Source: an uncultured Pseudomonadales bacterium | GTDB lineage: Bacteria; Patescibacteriota; Microgenomatia; UBA1400; PJMF01 | Assembly: GCA_964570365.1 (NCBI GenBank) | Contig: CAZMXT010000004.1 | Location: 2,792-66,791, forward strand | Length of the DNA: 64,000 nt | Direction of reading: 5' to 3' | Part shown: positions 9,604-18,454 of the stretch, piece after piece | Numbering within the stretch: position 1 is the stretch's first letter | Layout: the number at the start of each line of letters is the position of its first letter | Notes under the pieces: generated by a model | Seen by the model: the letters and a program-made list of their open reading frames with translations, nothing else | Databases searched by the model: none | Told to the model about the DNA's origin: nothing | Position numbers and translations under genes: made by a program

Positions 9604-11289
9604 TTAAAGCTCATCACCTTCGGTAGTGGGTTCCAAGAATACTTCATCGCTCTTGGCCAGGGTTTTGCGCCAGTTGCCTAATTTATCGAGAATATTTTGT
9701 AAGATATACAGCTCTCGAATATCGAACAACATGGCAAAGTAAGTGTAAACCAGCATGCCAATAGTGCCTGTGGTGAGAGTAAGCAGTATTAACTCAACTG
9801 TGCGACTGGTGTCAAAAACTAACTCATCCAAAATTCTAAACGGCAAGTAAAGAAAGATTGCCATGAAAAAGCTGGCAGTTATCATTTTTAGCTGTGGAAT
9901 CCAGAACGCTTTTCTAGCAAAACCCATTACTTTTTGGTCTAGACAGTATAAGAATAGCAACATTTCACCGATGTTGGACATGGTAATTGCGAGTGCCATG
10001 CCAATCACTCCCAGCTTCATCTGAAAAGCAAAGAGCCAACTCAAAAATAAGTAGGTCACCACAGTTAAAAAAGTAATGAAAAGCGGTGTCTTGGTGTCTT
10101 TCAGGGCATGAAAAGATCTAATCAGCAACTGCACAATTGCCTGTGCTGCTATAGAAAGCGAGATAATCGCTACTACCCGGCCGGTGGTGAGCGTGGTGGC
10201 CCAAGGAAAGTTATGAGTGCCATATGCAATTCGGACAATCGGAATCCGCAGAATTAATAAGAGAACGGCTGCCGGAAAAGCAAAAAAAGAAATTTGGTGT
10301 ATAGACTTGAGTACTAAATCCCGGAATCGACCCAGGTCCTTCTCATCGGCCTCATCAGCTAAGAACGGTAAAGCTGCCTGGCTAATTGGCACGCCAAAGA
10401 AGCGAATAGGCATCGTCATCAGGGAAAAAGCCAGGTTCATAACGACATAACTTAAGTTTCCGATTGAAGTCGTAAAGTAGCCATTGGCTAATTGTTGCAG
10501 TTGGCTTATGGCTAAGCTGGAAGTGCGGGCAGGGGTCAGCTTATAGGTATTTCTTACACCTGCGTGACGAAATGAAATCGCAAATCTAAAACGGAAACCG
10601 AGTTTATAGGCCAATGGTAACTGGATCAGCATATGAAGCGCAGCGCCAATTACTACTCCAATCCCAGCAGCATAAATTCCAAAGCGATCGGAAAGAGTGT
10701 ATGCCCCAATCAGAATTCCAACATTGTAAAAAATGGGAGAGAGCGCAGGTAAAATAAAACGCTTATAAGATTGCAACATCCCAGTCATAAAGTTGGAGAT
10801 GGCAAAAAAGAACTGTGCAGCCAGCATGATCCTGGTTAAGTTTGCTGCAATCTGCACCTGCTCCGAAGTAAATGCTGCACCAGTTCTCAGGCGAGTGAAT
10901 GGCTCGGCAAATATAAAAACGAAGATCGAAACCACTAGAAAGAAGAGTAAAACGCTGGTCATCATCAGGCTCATATAGCGTTGCTCCTCTGCCTTATCAT
11001 GTTTGTAGCTGGCGAGCATCGGGATAAAAGCTGCCGAAACCGCACCTAAAACAATCAACTGAAACATCAAATCAGGAATTTGGAAGGCAACCAGAAATGC
11101 CTCAAATGCTTGCTGGGAGCTGGGAGTGTCAAAAAAATGCGAAATGAGCAGCCGCTGGCGAATTACCCCCGAGAGTGATGAAACAATATTGGCAATCGTA
11201 ATGACAACAGCAGCTGACAAAATGCTAGTTTGCTGTCCTTCGAGCCAGTCAGTGTACGAGGTAAATAATTTAGGGAGACGGAAGACCAT
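9604..11289 (-). CDS. murJ: Lipid II flippase MurJ/MviN
   Basis: AFQIPD, GAVSAAFIP, RSFHALKDTKTP and about 14 TM segments. Confidence 0.9.
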   Translation of the reverse strand: MVFRLPKLFTSYTDWLEGQQTSILSAAVVITIANIVSSLSGVIRQRLLISHFFDTPSSQQAFEAFLVAFQIPDLMFQLIVLGAVSAAFIPMLASYKHDKAEEQRYMSLMMTSVLLFFLVVSIFVFIFAEPFTRLRTGAAFTSEQVQIAANLTRIMLAAQFFFAISNFMTGMLQSYKRFILPALSPIFYNVGILIGAYTLSDRFGIYAAGIGVVIGAALHMLIQLPLAYKLGFRFRFAISFRHAGVRNTYKLTPARTSSLAISQLQQLANGYFTTSIGNLSYVVMNLAFSLMTMPIRFFGVPISQAALPFLADEADEKDLGRFRDLVLKSIHQISFFAFPAAVLLLILRIPIVRIAYGTHNFPWATTLTTGRVVAIISLSIAAQAIVQLLIRSFHALKDTKTPLFITFLTVVTYLFLSWLFAFQMKLGVIGMALAITMSNIGEMLLFLYCLDQKVMGFARKAFWIPQLKMITASFFMAIFLYLPFRILDELVFDTSRTVELILLTLTTGTIGMLVYTYFAMLFDIRELYILQNILDKLGNWRKTLAKSDEVFLEPTTEGDEL

Positions 11290-11345
11290 ACACAGAGTAT
11301 ATGCTCAAGCGAGCTTCCTGACCACTTTTAGAGTTTAGGAGAAGT

Positions 11346-11723
11346 TTACTTTTTGTTTACTGAGCAGGTTCCACCTGGCAAGCAAACAGTTTCTCTCGGG
11401 CAAGGATTGGTAGAGCTACAGCGTGGAGGTAATCCAGGACGCAGGCCATTATCAGGAGGGGCAGGTGAAACAGGGCTGGTTCCGGGTTCGTCTGGCCTTG
11501 AGAATTGCACGCACCTACCAGAAATACACATCTGTCCGATGGAGCAAGCCGGCTTGCAAGTTAAGGCGTAGGCCTGCTGTCTCAAATCTTGATTTTGAGT
11601 AGATAAGAATATTGCTGCAATTCCCCCAAATGAGACTAAAATTAGGAAAAGTATGCCAACTATGGTGCCAATTGAAAACTTTTACTGAGATCTTTTGAAG
11701 GTGCTATTTGAAGAAGGTTTCAT
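11346..11723 (-). pseudogene. Small secreted Cys-rich protein interrupted by an in-frame TAA at codon 14
   Basis: ATG 11723 gives MKPSSNSTFKRSQ*KFSIGTIVGILFLILVSFGGIAAIFLSTQNQDLRQQAYALTCKPAC... in one frame. TAA is at 11682-11684. Two Cys-rich modules are separated by a Pro-rich linker. Confidence 0.7.
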
Positions 11724-11838
11724 TTACTAAAGTTAAGTATAGGAGAAAAATTATTGATCAGTCAACAGAGGTTTGAATTTCTGGCTGATATCTAGTACAA
11801 TTGCGTATTGATCATTCGTAAGCACATGAGGATACAAC

Positions 11839-12081
11839 ATGCCAATTCTAAAAAATGCCAAAAAAGCTCTCAGAGTAAGTAAAAAGCGTGCTGCTTCTAA
11901 CTTACCAGTCAAGTCTCGTTTAAAGACTTCTTTTGACAAAGCCAAAAAGACCTCATCTCCAGAGACCATGGCGAAAGCTTTCTCAGCTATTGATAAAGCA
12001 GTTCGCAAGCATATTATTCACAAGAAAAAGGCCGCCCGGCTAAAAAGCCAAGTTTCCCGTTTTGCGGCGAAGTCAGCTTAA
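11839..12081 (+). CDS. rpsT: 30S ribosomal protein S20
   Basis: MPILKNAKKALR...IDKAVRKHIIHKKKAARLKS. Confidence 0.97.
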   Translation: MPILKNAKKALRVSKKRAASNLPVKSRLKTSFDKAKKTSSPETMAKAFSAIDKAVRKHIIHKKKAARLKSQVSRFAAKSA

Positions 12082-12102
12082 TCTGGGTACCCCACAGGTG
12101 CC

Positions 12103-13875
12103 ATGACTACTCAAATTCGTAACTTCTCAATTATTGCTCACATTGACCATGGCAAAACTACCTTGACTGATCGGCTTTTACATCTGACTGGTACTGTTTC
12201 TGACCGTGATCTCACTGAGCGTTTAATGGACAGTAATCCAATTGAAAAAGAGCGGGGAATTACGATTAAGCTCGCTCCAGTTCGCATGGAGTACCAAGAT
12301 TTTATCTTCAACTTAATAGACACTCCTGGACACGTTGATTTTGGCTATGAAGTGAGTCGGTCCTTGGCTGCATGTGAGGGTGCGTTGCTGATAGTCGATG
12401 CGACGCAGGGTATCCAAGCCCAGACGTTATCTAACTTTGAGAAAGCCAAAGAGCTTGGTCTAGACATTATTCCGATTATTAACAAGATTGATCTTCCTTC
12501 TGCCGATATTGACGCAGCAACTTTAGACTTGATGGAGATTTTTGGAATGAAGGAAGAAGAAGTCATTGCCGTCTCGGCTAAAACTGGCCAAAACGTAGCT
12601 GCAATTTTAGAACAGATCAAGACAAGAGTTCGACAGCCCAGTGGGGACATTACCAAACCGTTAAAAGCGCTGGTTTTTACCTCCAAATTTAGTCAACACA
12701 AAGGCGTCATTGCCTACGTGAAAGTAGTGGATGGGGTTTTAGACAAAAGTAAAATGCGGCTTCTGACTACTGGGGAAAGCTTCTTACCCGTGGAAATTGG
12801 CGTTTTCTCTCCCCAGATGGTGCCAGTGGAACGGCTTTGTGCTGGAGAAGTTGGCTATGTCTGTACTGGACTGAAAAATGTCACAGAAGTTCGGGTCGGA
12901 GATACTGTGACTCAAGAAAAATTTGCTGACAGAGTGTCGCGGCTGCCAGGCTATAAAGAGCCATTGGCTATGGTGTACATGGAGTTTTATCCAATTGATG
13001 GCGATGACTTTGTGTTGCTGCAGGACGCGATGGCGAAGCTGGCACTTCATGATGCTGCTTTACGCTTTGCAGCTACTCACTCACCTGCGTTAGGAAATGG
13101 TTTGCGGGTAGGCTTTTTAGGCATCTTGCATGCAGAAATTGTCAGAGAACGACTGGAACGTGAGTTTGATATTGAGCTCATTGCTACCTCACCTTCAGTC
13201 ACGTACAAGATCGTAAAAATGGATGGAGAAGAGATTGAAGTCAGAACTCCAGCTGAAATGCCAGACCCCAGTCAAATTAAAGAAATTCACGAGCCAATGA
13301 CGAGATCTGTTGTTTTTACGCCAAAAGAATACCTGGGTGCAGTGATGCAGCTGAGCGAAGATCATCGGGGCAAGTTAATTGCGGTGCATGACATAGGTTC
13401 GCGGGTCAAAATTGAGTATGACTTGCCATTAGCAGAGCTGATTATCCAGTTTCACGATAAATTAAAGTCAATTTCTTCAGGTTTTGCTTCCCTAGAGTAT
13501 GAGTTAACCAACTTTGTGAAGGTTGATGCCATTAAGTTAAGCGTCATGGTCCAACACGAGACGATTGAGGCTTTGTCAGTCATTGTGGTAAGAGAGGATG
13601 CAGAAAAAATTGGCAGAAGCATCGTCCATAAACTCAAAGAAGTAATTCCCAAACAACTTTTTGAGATTCCGATTCAAGCCGCCATCGGCGGAAAAGTGAT
13701 CGCTCGCGAGACAATTAGTGCGTATCGCAAAGATGTAACGGCACATTTATATGGTGGTGACGTAACTCGTCGCCAGAAACTGCTGAAGAAGCAAGTGAAG
13801 GGGAAAAAGCGAATGAAAGAAATTGGAAAAGTCACTTTGAATCAGGAAGCTTTTATGGCAGTTTTGGAAAGATAA
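12103..13875 (+). CDS. lepA: Elongation factor 4 (LepA)
   Basis: IRNFSIIAHIDHGKTTL, ERGITIK, LIDTPGHVDF, YGGDVTRRQKLL. Confidence 0.98.
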   Translation: MTTQIRNFSIIAHIDHGKTTLTDRLLHLTGTVSDRDLTERLMDSNPIEKERGITIKLAPVRMEYQDFIFNLIDTPGHVDFGYEVSRSLAACEGALLIVDATQGIQAQTLSNFEKAKELGLDIIPIINKIDLPSADIDAATLDLMEIFGMKEEEVIAVSAKTGQNVAAILEQIKTRVRQPSGDITKPLKALVFTSKFSQHKGVIAYVKVVDGVLDKSKMRLLTTGESFLPVEIGVFSPQMVPVERLCAGEVGYVCTGLKNVTEVRVGDTVTQEKFADRVSRLPGYKEPLAMVYMEFYPIDGDDFVLLQDAMAKLALHDAALRFAATHSPALGNGLRVGFLGILHAEIVRERLEREFDIELIATSPSVTYKIVKMDGEEIEVRTPAEMPDPSQIKEIHEPMTRSVVFTPKEYLGAVMQLSEDHRGKLIAVHDIGSRVKIEYDLPLAELIIQFHDKLKSISSGFASLEYELTNFVKVDAIKLSVMVQHETIEALSVIVVREDAEKIGRSIVHKLKEVIPKQLFEIPIQAAIGGKVIARETISAYRKDVTAHLYGGDVTRRQKLLKKQVKGKKRMKEIGKVTLNQEAFMAVLER

Positions 13876-13896
13876 GGTACAATTGCCTGTATTATT

Positions 13897-14616
13897 ATGC
13901 CGGAAATCTTTAACTCAGCGGCTCAACCTAGTTCCTCAGATACTCAGATACAGCCTGTCGTGGCTGTATCTGCAGCTTCCTCTGAAAAAGAATCTAAAAA
14001 GAAGCTTAGTCGTCATGTAGATGAGTATTCTCTAGTGATGAGGCAGGCAACCCCATCCTCTAGTTCGTTAAAAGCCTATACTGCAAAGCCAACCGACACT
14101 TTTTTCGATTCTCAGCAACGTGATGAAGTCGTTTTACTTTTACTCCGTCAGCATCCAGTCACTCAAGTGAAGTGGGTATTTATCGGAATTATTTTAGCGC
14201 TAGTTCCGTTCCTGCTTTCTTTTGTGGGGTTTCTCGAATTTTTACCACTTCGTTTCCAATTCGTAGCAACCCTAGGTTGGTACTTATTGGTTTTTGGGTA
14301 TAGCTTAGAAGCTTTTTTGAACTGGTTTTACAACGTCTATATCATTACTGATGAGCGAGTCATCGATGTAGATTTTCACTCCTTATTATTTAAGAACGTC
14401 TCCTATGCCAAGATTGATAATATTGAGGACATCTCAGCTACTACTAGCGGAGCGCTCGGTTCTATTTTTGATTATGGTACTGTCCGAATCCAAACAGCGG
14501 GTGCTGTCACGGAGTTTGATTTTGAGCATGTTCCACACCCAAGCAGAGTTACTGCATTCTTAAACGAGCTATTACTGGAAGAAGAGCAAGAGAACTTAGA
14601 CGGGAGGGCCAACTAA
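13897..14616 (+). CDS. Bacterial PH-domain membrane protein
   Basis: RQHP, two TMs, YIITDERVID and IFDYGTVRIQTAG motifs. Confidence 0.75.
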   Translation: MPEIFNSAAQPSSSDTQIQPVVAVSAASSEKESKKKLSRHVDEYSLVMRQATPSSSSLKAYTAKPTDTFFDSQQRDEVVLLLLRQHPVTQVKWVFIGIILALVPFLLSFVGFLEFLPLRFQFVATLGWYLLVFGYSLEAFLNWFYNVYIITDERVIDVDFHSLLFKNVSYAKIDNIEDISATTSGALGSIFDYGTVRIQTAGAVTEFDFEHVPHPSRVTAFLNELLLEEEQENLDGRAN

Positions 14617-14852
14617 TGTTCCCAGAACTACCGCCGATCTCCCTAACTTCAATTATATTGGACTCAGTCAGGATTATGTTCTTCCTGGGTTTTTTCCTCT
14701 ATCTGATCTTCGCATTTATTGCTGTTCGTCAAATTGACATTATGCGTAAAACTGTAGTTACTCCTTTTGCTGGAGTGATTCAAATTATTGGAATGCTTCA
14801 CTTACTCCTAGCTTTTGGATTATTAATTTTCTCTTTTATTTATCTGGCTTAA
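14616..14852 (+). CDS. Small two-TM protein (DUF5657-like)
   Basis: YLIFAFIAVRQIDIMRKTV pattern; start overlaps the upstream stop (TAATG). Confidence 0.6.
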   Translation: MFPELPPISLTSIILDSVRIMFFLGFFLYLIFAFIAVRQIDIMRKTVVTPFAGVIQIIGMLHLLLAFGLLIFSFIYLA

Positions 14853-14878
14853 CCGTATTCGTGGTAAAATAATTTTCA

Positions 14879-16693
14879 ATGTACGGGCTTCAACAGTATC
14901 CTGTTACAACTCAAGCTACTCCAACAACCTACTCGTTAGTTGTCATCAATGAGCTGCGGACTTTTGTGGTATCGGCAGTAATCACTGCGCCAGATGCGCT
15001 TGCAGCAGCTGAATGGTTTCGTGACGAAGTGAAATCCAGCCAAGTGAGTACCAGTCTCGAACTGCACCAAGCTATCCAACGTTGGATAGCTGAAGCACGT
15101 CAGCAGGAGCGAAAGCTGCATGTAAGTGCCGCAGTTTTCAATGACAAAAATTGCTCATTTTGTACGCTGAGTGGGGCAGTGCTCTTAAAAAGAGGCTCTA
15201 AGGTGGGTACATTGCTAAGTTCAGCCACAGAGGCTGAGGTGATTGAAGGGGGGCATAGGAGTGGAGACATCTTTATTCTAGTAGCGAACTCTGAGGAACT
15301 TGAACTGAGCCAGATCCAGCAACTGACAACTCAGCAGAAAAGTACCTTAGGAATCCTAGAAAAATTAGAGACCCTTGTAGCGCAGAACGTCACTGGAGTG
15401 ACGATTGCAGTGGTTACTTTTGGCGAAGATGCTGAATCTGGGAGTAGTTCAGCCCCGGGTAAATCATTTGAAACAAACAAGGGAAAATTTACGAGCTCCG
15501 TCACCCAGCTACTTCAGAGAACTTTGCTCCGAATCAAGCAACTTCATCGGGAACTTTTTTCTCAAGATGCAGCTGTGCGAAAGCGACTCATCCGAAAGCT
15601 TTTTAAAATCATCTTTCCATTTATGCTCGTCTTAGTGATCTTGGGGGTGATCCTATTTTTCCTTCGTTCCCAGACTGCAGCTCGCGAGCGTCAGATCCAG
15701 AGTATTCTAGAGCCGGTTCGGACGCAGCTACAGCAGGCTCGCGTTGAGCTCCATCAGAATCCGGTTCTGGCACGAGAGCAAACAGAAGAAGTGATCGCTA
15801 CACTTGATCAGCTGAGCGAGCAACACAAAAGCCAGCGAGCAATTTCCCGGGCGATCACGGCAGAAAGAGAGTCAGTCCGGCAGTTTTATGATCAAATTTC
15901 TGGACAACAGGAGTTCTCAGTGCTGCCGACATTTTTTGACCTGCGCTTTGTCCAGTCCAGCTTGATCGCAAATACCTTCGATCTTCATGGTGAGACGATG
16001 ATCTTTTTAGATAAAGGACAGAAGAAAATTTTAGCTTTGAATGTGGCTCGTAAGCAGCCCACCTTGCTCCCAACTGGAGATCAAGAAATGTTGAAAGACA
16101 TTGCTTTTAATGAGAAAGAGCTTTTTATTCTGAGTAATGGAATTTTTAGATTTGATCTTTCCTCTTCAGAGTTAGCCAAGGAAGTAAGAGCTAAAGAGGA
16201 GGCCAATGAGGCTGGTGAGCAACTTCGACTTTTTGATCAATTTCTGTATGTTTTAAATAAAGAGCGACGAAATATTTATCGTTATACAATTGACAAAGAT
16301 GGTAAGTTTTCTGATCCAATTGGCTGGTTACAGTCAAGTCAGGATCTTGATTTTCCCAGCATCCAAACGTTTGCGGTTGATGGAGATCTTTGGATATCTA
16401 CTCAGACAGGTGAGATTAAAAAATTTAGTAGTGGTCGTCAGGTGGAGTTTTCAACGGTCGGCTTAAAAGAAAATTTTTCATCTCCAATTACCCTTTTCAC
16501 CAAGGCAGACTTAAAAAACCTGTATATATTGGAGCCACAGAAAAATCGGGTGGTGGTGCTGAGCAAGGCGGGAGAGTTTGTTAAAGAGATTAGGAGTAGT
16601 ACGTTAGCCTCAGTAACCGACGTTGTTGCCGAAGAGACTCAAGGTAAAATCTTTGCTTTAAGTGGATCCTTGGTTTTTGAGATTCAACTGTAG
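14879..16693 (+). CDS. Hypothetical: degenerate PP2C-like N-domain, central TM, coiled coil, C-terminal beta-propeller (NHL-like)
   Basis: Central hydrophobic helix; repeated beta motifs LYVLN, FAVDGDLWI, LYILEPQKNRVVV. Confidence 0.6.
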   Translation: MYGLQQYPVTTQATPTTYSLVVINELRTFVVSAVITAPDALAAAEWFRDEVKSSQVSTSLELHQAIQRWIAEARQQERKLHVSAAVFNDKNCSFCTLSGAVLLKRGSKVGTLLSSATEAEVIEGGHRSGDIFILVANSEELELSQIQQLTTQQKSTLGILEKLETLVAQNVTGVTIAVVTFGEDAESGSSSAPGKSFETNKGKFTSSVTQLLQRTLLRIKQLHRELFSQDAAVRKRLIRKLFKIIFPFMLVLVILGVILFFLRSQTAARERQIQSILEPVRTQLQQARVELHQNPVLAREQTEEVIATLDQLSEQHKSQRAISRAITAERESVRQFYDQISGQQEFSVLPTFFDLRFVQSSLIANTFDLHGETMIFLDKGQKKILALNVARKQPTLLPTGDQEMLKDIAFNEKELFILSNGIFRFDLSSSELAKEVRAKEEANEAGEQLRLFDQFLYVLNKERRNIYRYTIDKDGKFSDPIGWLQSSQDLDFPSIQTFAVDGDLWISTQTGEIKKFSSGRQVEFSTVGLKENFSSPITLFTKADLKNLYILEPQKNRVVVLSKAGEFVKEIRSSTLASVTDVVAEETQGKIFALSGSLVFEIQL

Positions 16694-16721
16694 TTCGGTA
16701 ATCAGCCGAGTCTTCCTTGCG

Positions 16722-17174
16722 CTATCGAATTTTCACCTTTTCTTTTAATTCGCGCTCTAAATCTCTTTTGATATCACGTTGACGTAGCTCTGCTCGGCGT
16801 TCAAACTGCTTTTTCCCTCTGCCCAAGCCAACTTTCAGCTTAATGTTTCTACCCGCCAAATGAAACTGGAGTGGTACTAAAGTATAGCCTTTCTGGGCCA
16901 TCATCTCGCCCAGATTAAGAATCTCCTTTTTTTTCAGGAGCAACTTGCGCGTTCGTTTCGGATCATAATCTCGATTATCAGCATAGGTGTACGGGGTAAT
17001 TTGGGCATTTAATAAGAAGGCCTCTTCACCAATGATCTTGACATAACTTCCAGTAAAACTGCCACTACCTTTGCGCAAACTCTTGACTTCGCCACCAGAA
17101 AGCATGATCCCAGCTGAGTACTGCTCAAGGATCTCATACTCTTGTCTAGCTTTACGATTTTCTAACAACATCAT
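16722..17174 (-). CDS. smpB: SsrA-binding protein SmpB
   Basis: ENRKARQEY, AGIMLSGGEVKSLR, PKRTRKLLL, GRGKK. Confidence 0.97.
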   Translation of the reverse strand: MMLLENRKARQEYEILEQYSAGIMLSGGEVKSLRKGSGSFTGSYVKIIGEEAFLLNAQITPYTYADNRDYDPKRTRKLLLKKKEILNLGEMMAQKGYTLVPLQFHLAGRNIKLKVGLGRGKKQFERRAELRQRDIKRDLERELKEKVKIR

Positions 17175-17270
17175 AGGCGCATTATACAGATAGAGTGAAG
17201 ATTAGACTCGAGCTTGCAAAATATGGCTCTAATCTTGATAATGGAGTTATACAGTAGTTAAAAGGAAATT

Positions 17271-17501
17271 ATGCCCAAAAAATATTTTTGGCCCGCTTCA
17301 ATGGTTTCAATGGGATTGATCGTTCTTGCTTCAAACATGGGTTTGCTTCCATACGAGTTTCGCCAGTTATGGCCCCTAATCTTAATTGTGTGTGGTCTAG
17401 GTGGTTTACTGGTTGCTGATAGAGATGAGTGGTTAGTAGATGTCAAATCTACTCGAACTGCTGCTCGCAAAACTGCTCCTGCTGCGAAGAGGAGAAGATA
17501 G
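17271..17501 (+). CDS. Small membrane protein (LiaF/LiaI-like TM region)
   Basis: Two TMs with a LWPLILIVCG motif and a basic tail; abuts cmk. Confidence 0.6.
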   Translation: MPKKYFWPASMVSMGLIVLASNMGLLPYEFRQLWPLILIVCGLGGLLVADRDEWLVDVKSTRTAARKTAPAAKRRR

Positions 17502-18191
17502 ATGCCGTTGCATATTGCGATCGATGGTCCAGTTGCCGCTGGCAAAGGGACTGTAGCTCGTTTGGTTGCCCAGCGACTTGGTTTACTCTACATCGACACT
17601 GGCGCGATGTATCGGATGACGGCGTTATTGGCAACACGTCATCAGGTGGATTGTAGTGATGAAGCCAAAATTCTCGATTTGCTGGCTCAATCCAAGATGC
17701 ATATGCGTAACCCTATTGGGGAAGAGCAGGATGGTCGTTTGAGCACTGTTCTGTTAAACGATGAAGATGTGTCCTGGGAGATTCGCACCGAGAAAATCAG
17801 TGTTGGGAGCTCTAAGGTCGCAGCTCTAAAAGGCGTCCGAGAGTTTCTCGTCAGTAAACAACAGCAAATTGCCAATGATCAAGACGTGGTGATGGAAGGT
17901 CGAGATATTACCTATAAAGTTTTACCGAACGCCAATCTGAAAATTTACTTAACTGCTACGCCAGAAGTTCGAGCCAAACGTCGCCACTTTGAGCTCCAGT
18001 CCCGAGGTCAAGATGTGAGTTATGAAGATGTCTATCAGGACTTGCTTCGTCGAGACGAACAAGATACAACTAGGAATGTTGACCCGTTAAAAATAGTCAG
18101 TGATGCATGGATGCTCGATACAACGAACTTAACCATCGAAGAAGTCGTGGACTTAATAGTTAAACGCGCTCAGCCTTTACGTTCATCATGA
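17502..18191 (+). CDS. cmk: Cytidylate kinase (bacterial type)
   Basis: IAIDGPVAAGKGT, IDTGAMYR, VMEGRDI, RDEQD. Confidence 0.95.
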   Translation: MPLHIAIDGPVAAGKGTVARLVAQRLGLLYIDTGAMYRMTALLATRHQVDCSDEAKILDLLAQSKMHMRNPIGEEQDGRLSTVLLNDEDVSWEIRTEKISVGSSKVAALKGVREFLVSKQQQIANDQDVVMEGRDITYKVLPNANLKIYLTATPEVRAKRRHFELQSRGQDVSYEDVYQDLLRRDEQDTTRNVDPLKIVSDAWMLDTTNLTIEEVVDLIVKRAQPLRSS

Positions 18192-18454
18192 AATTTTTTT
18201 CCCGAGGCAAGAAAAACGAGGCAGAAGAGCAGGAAGTATCGCCTGATGATGAGTTATTAGATAAAATTGATGAGCTCCAAAAAACCACTCAAGAAATAGA
18301 GGAAGAAAAATATCAAAAGAAGCTCGCTCGTGAGGAACGAAAGTTCCACAAAGAGCAGGCGTTGAAGCGCAAAAAACGCGAACGTTGGGTTGCGCCAGTT
18401 CTATTACTCCTGACAATACTCGTTTCCTACTTGGTGTGGATTTTTTCTCGTTAA
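18188..18454 (+). CDS. Hypothetical charged protein with C-terminal TM anchor
   Basis: ATGA overlap with cmk; coiled-coil-like body and a terminal hydrophobic helix. Confidence 0.6.
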   Translation: MKFFSRGKKNEAEEQEVSPDDELLDKIDELQKTTQEIEEEKYQKKLAREERKFHKEQALKRKKRERWVAPVLLLLTILVSYLVWIFSR

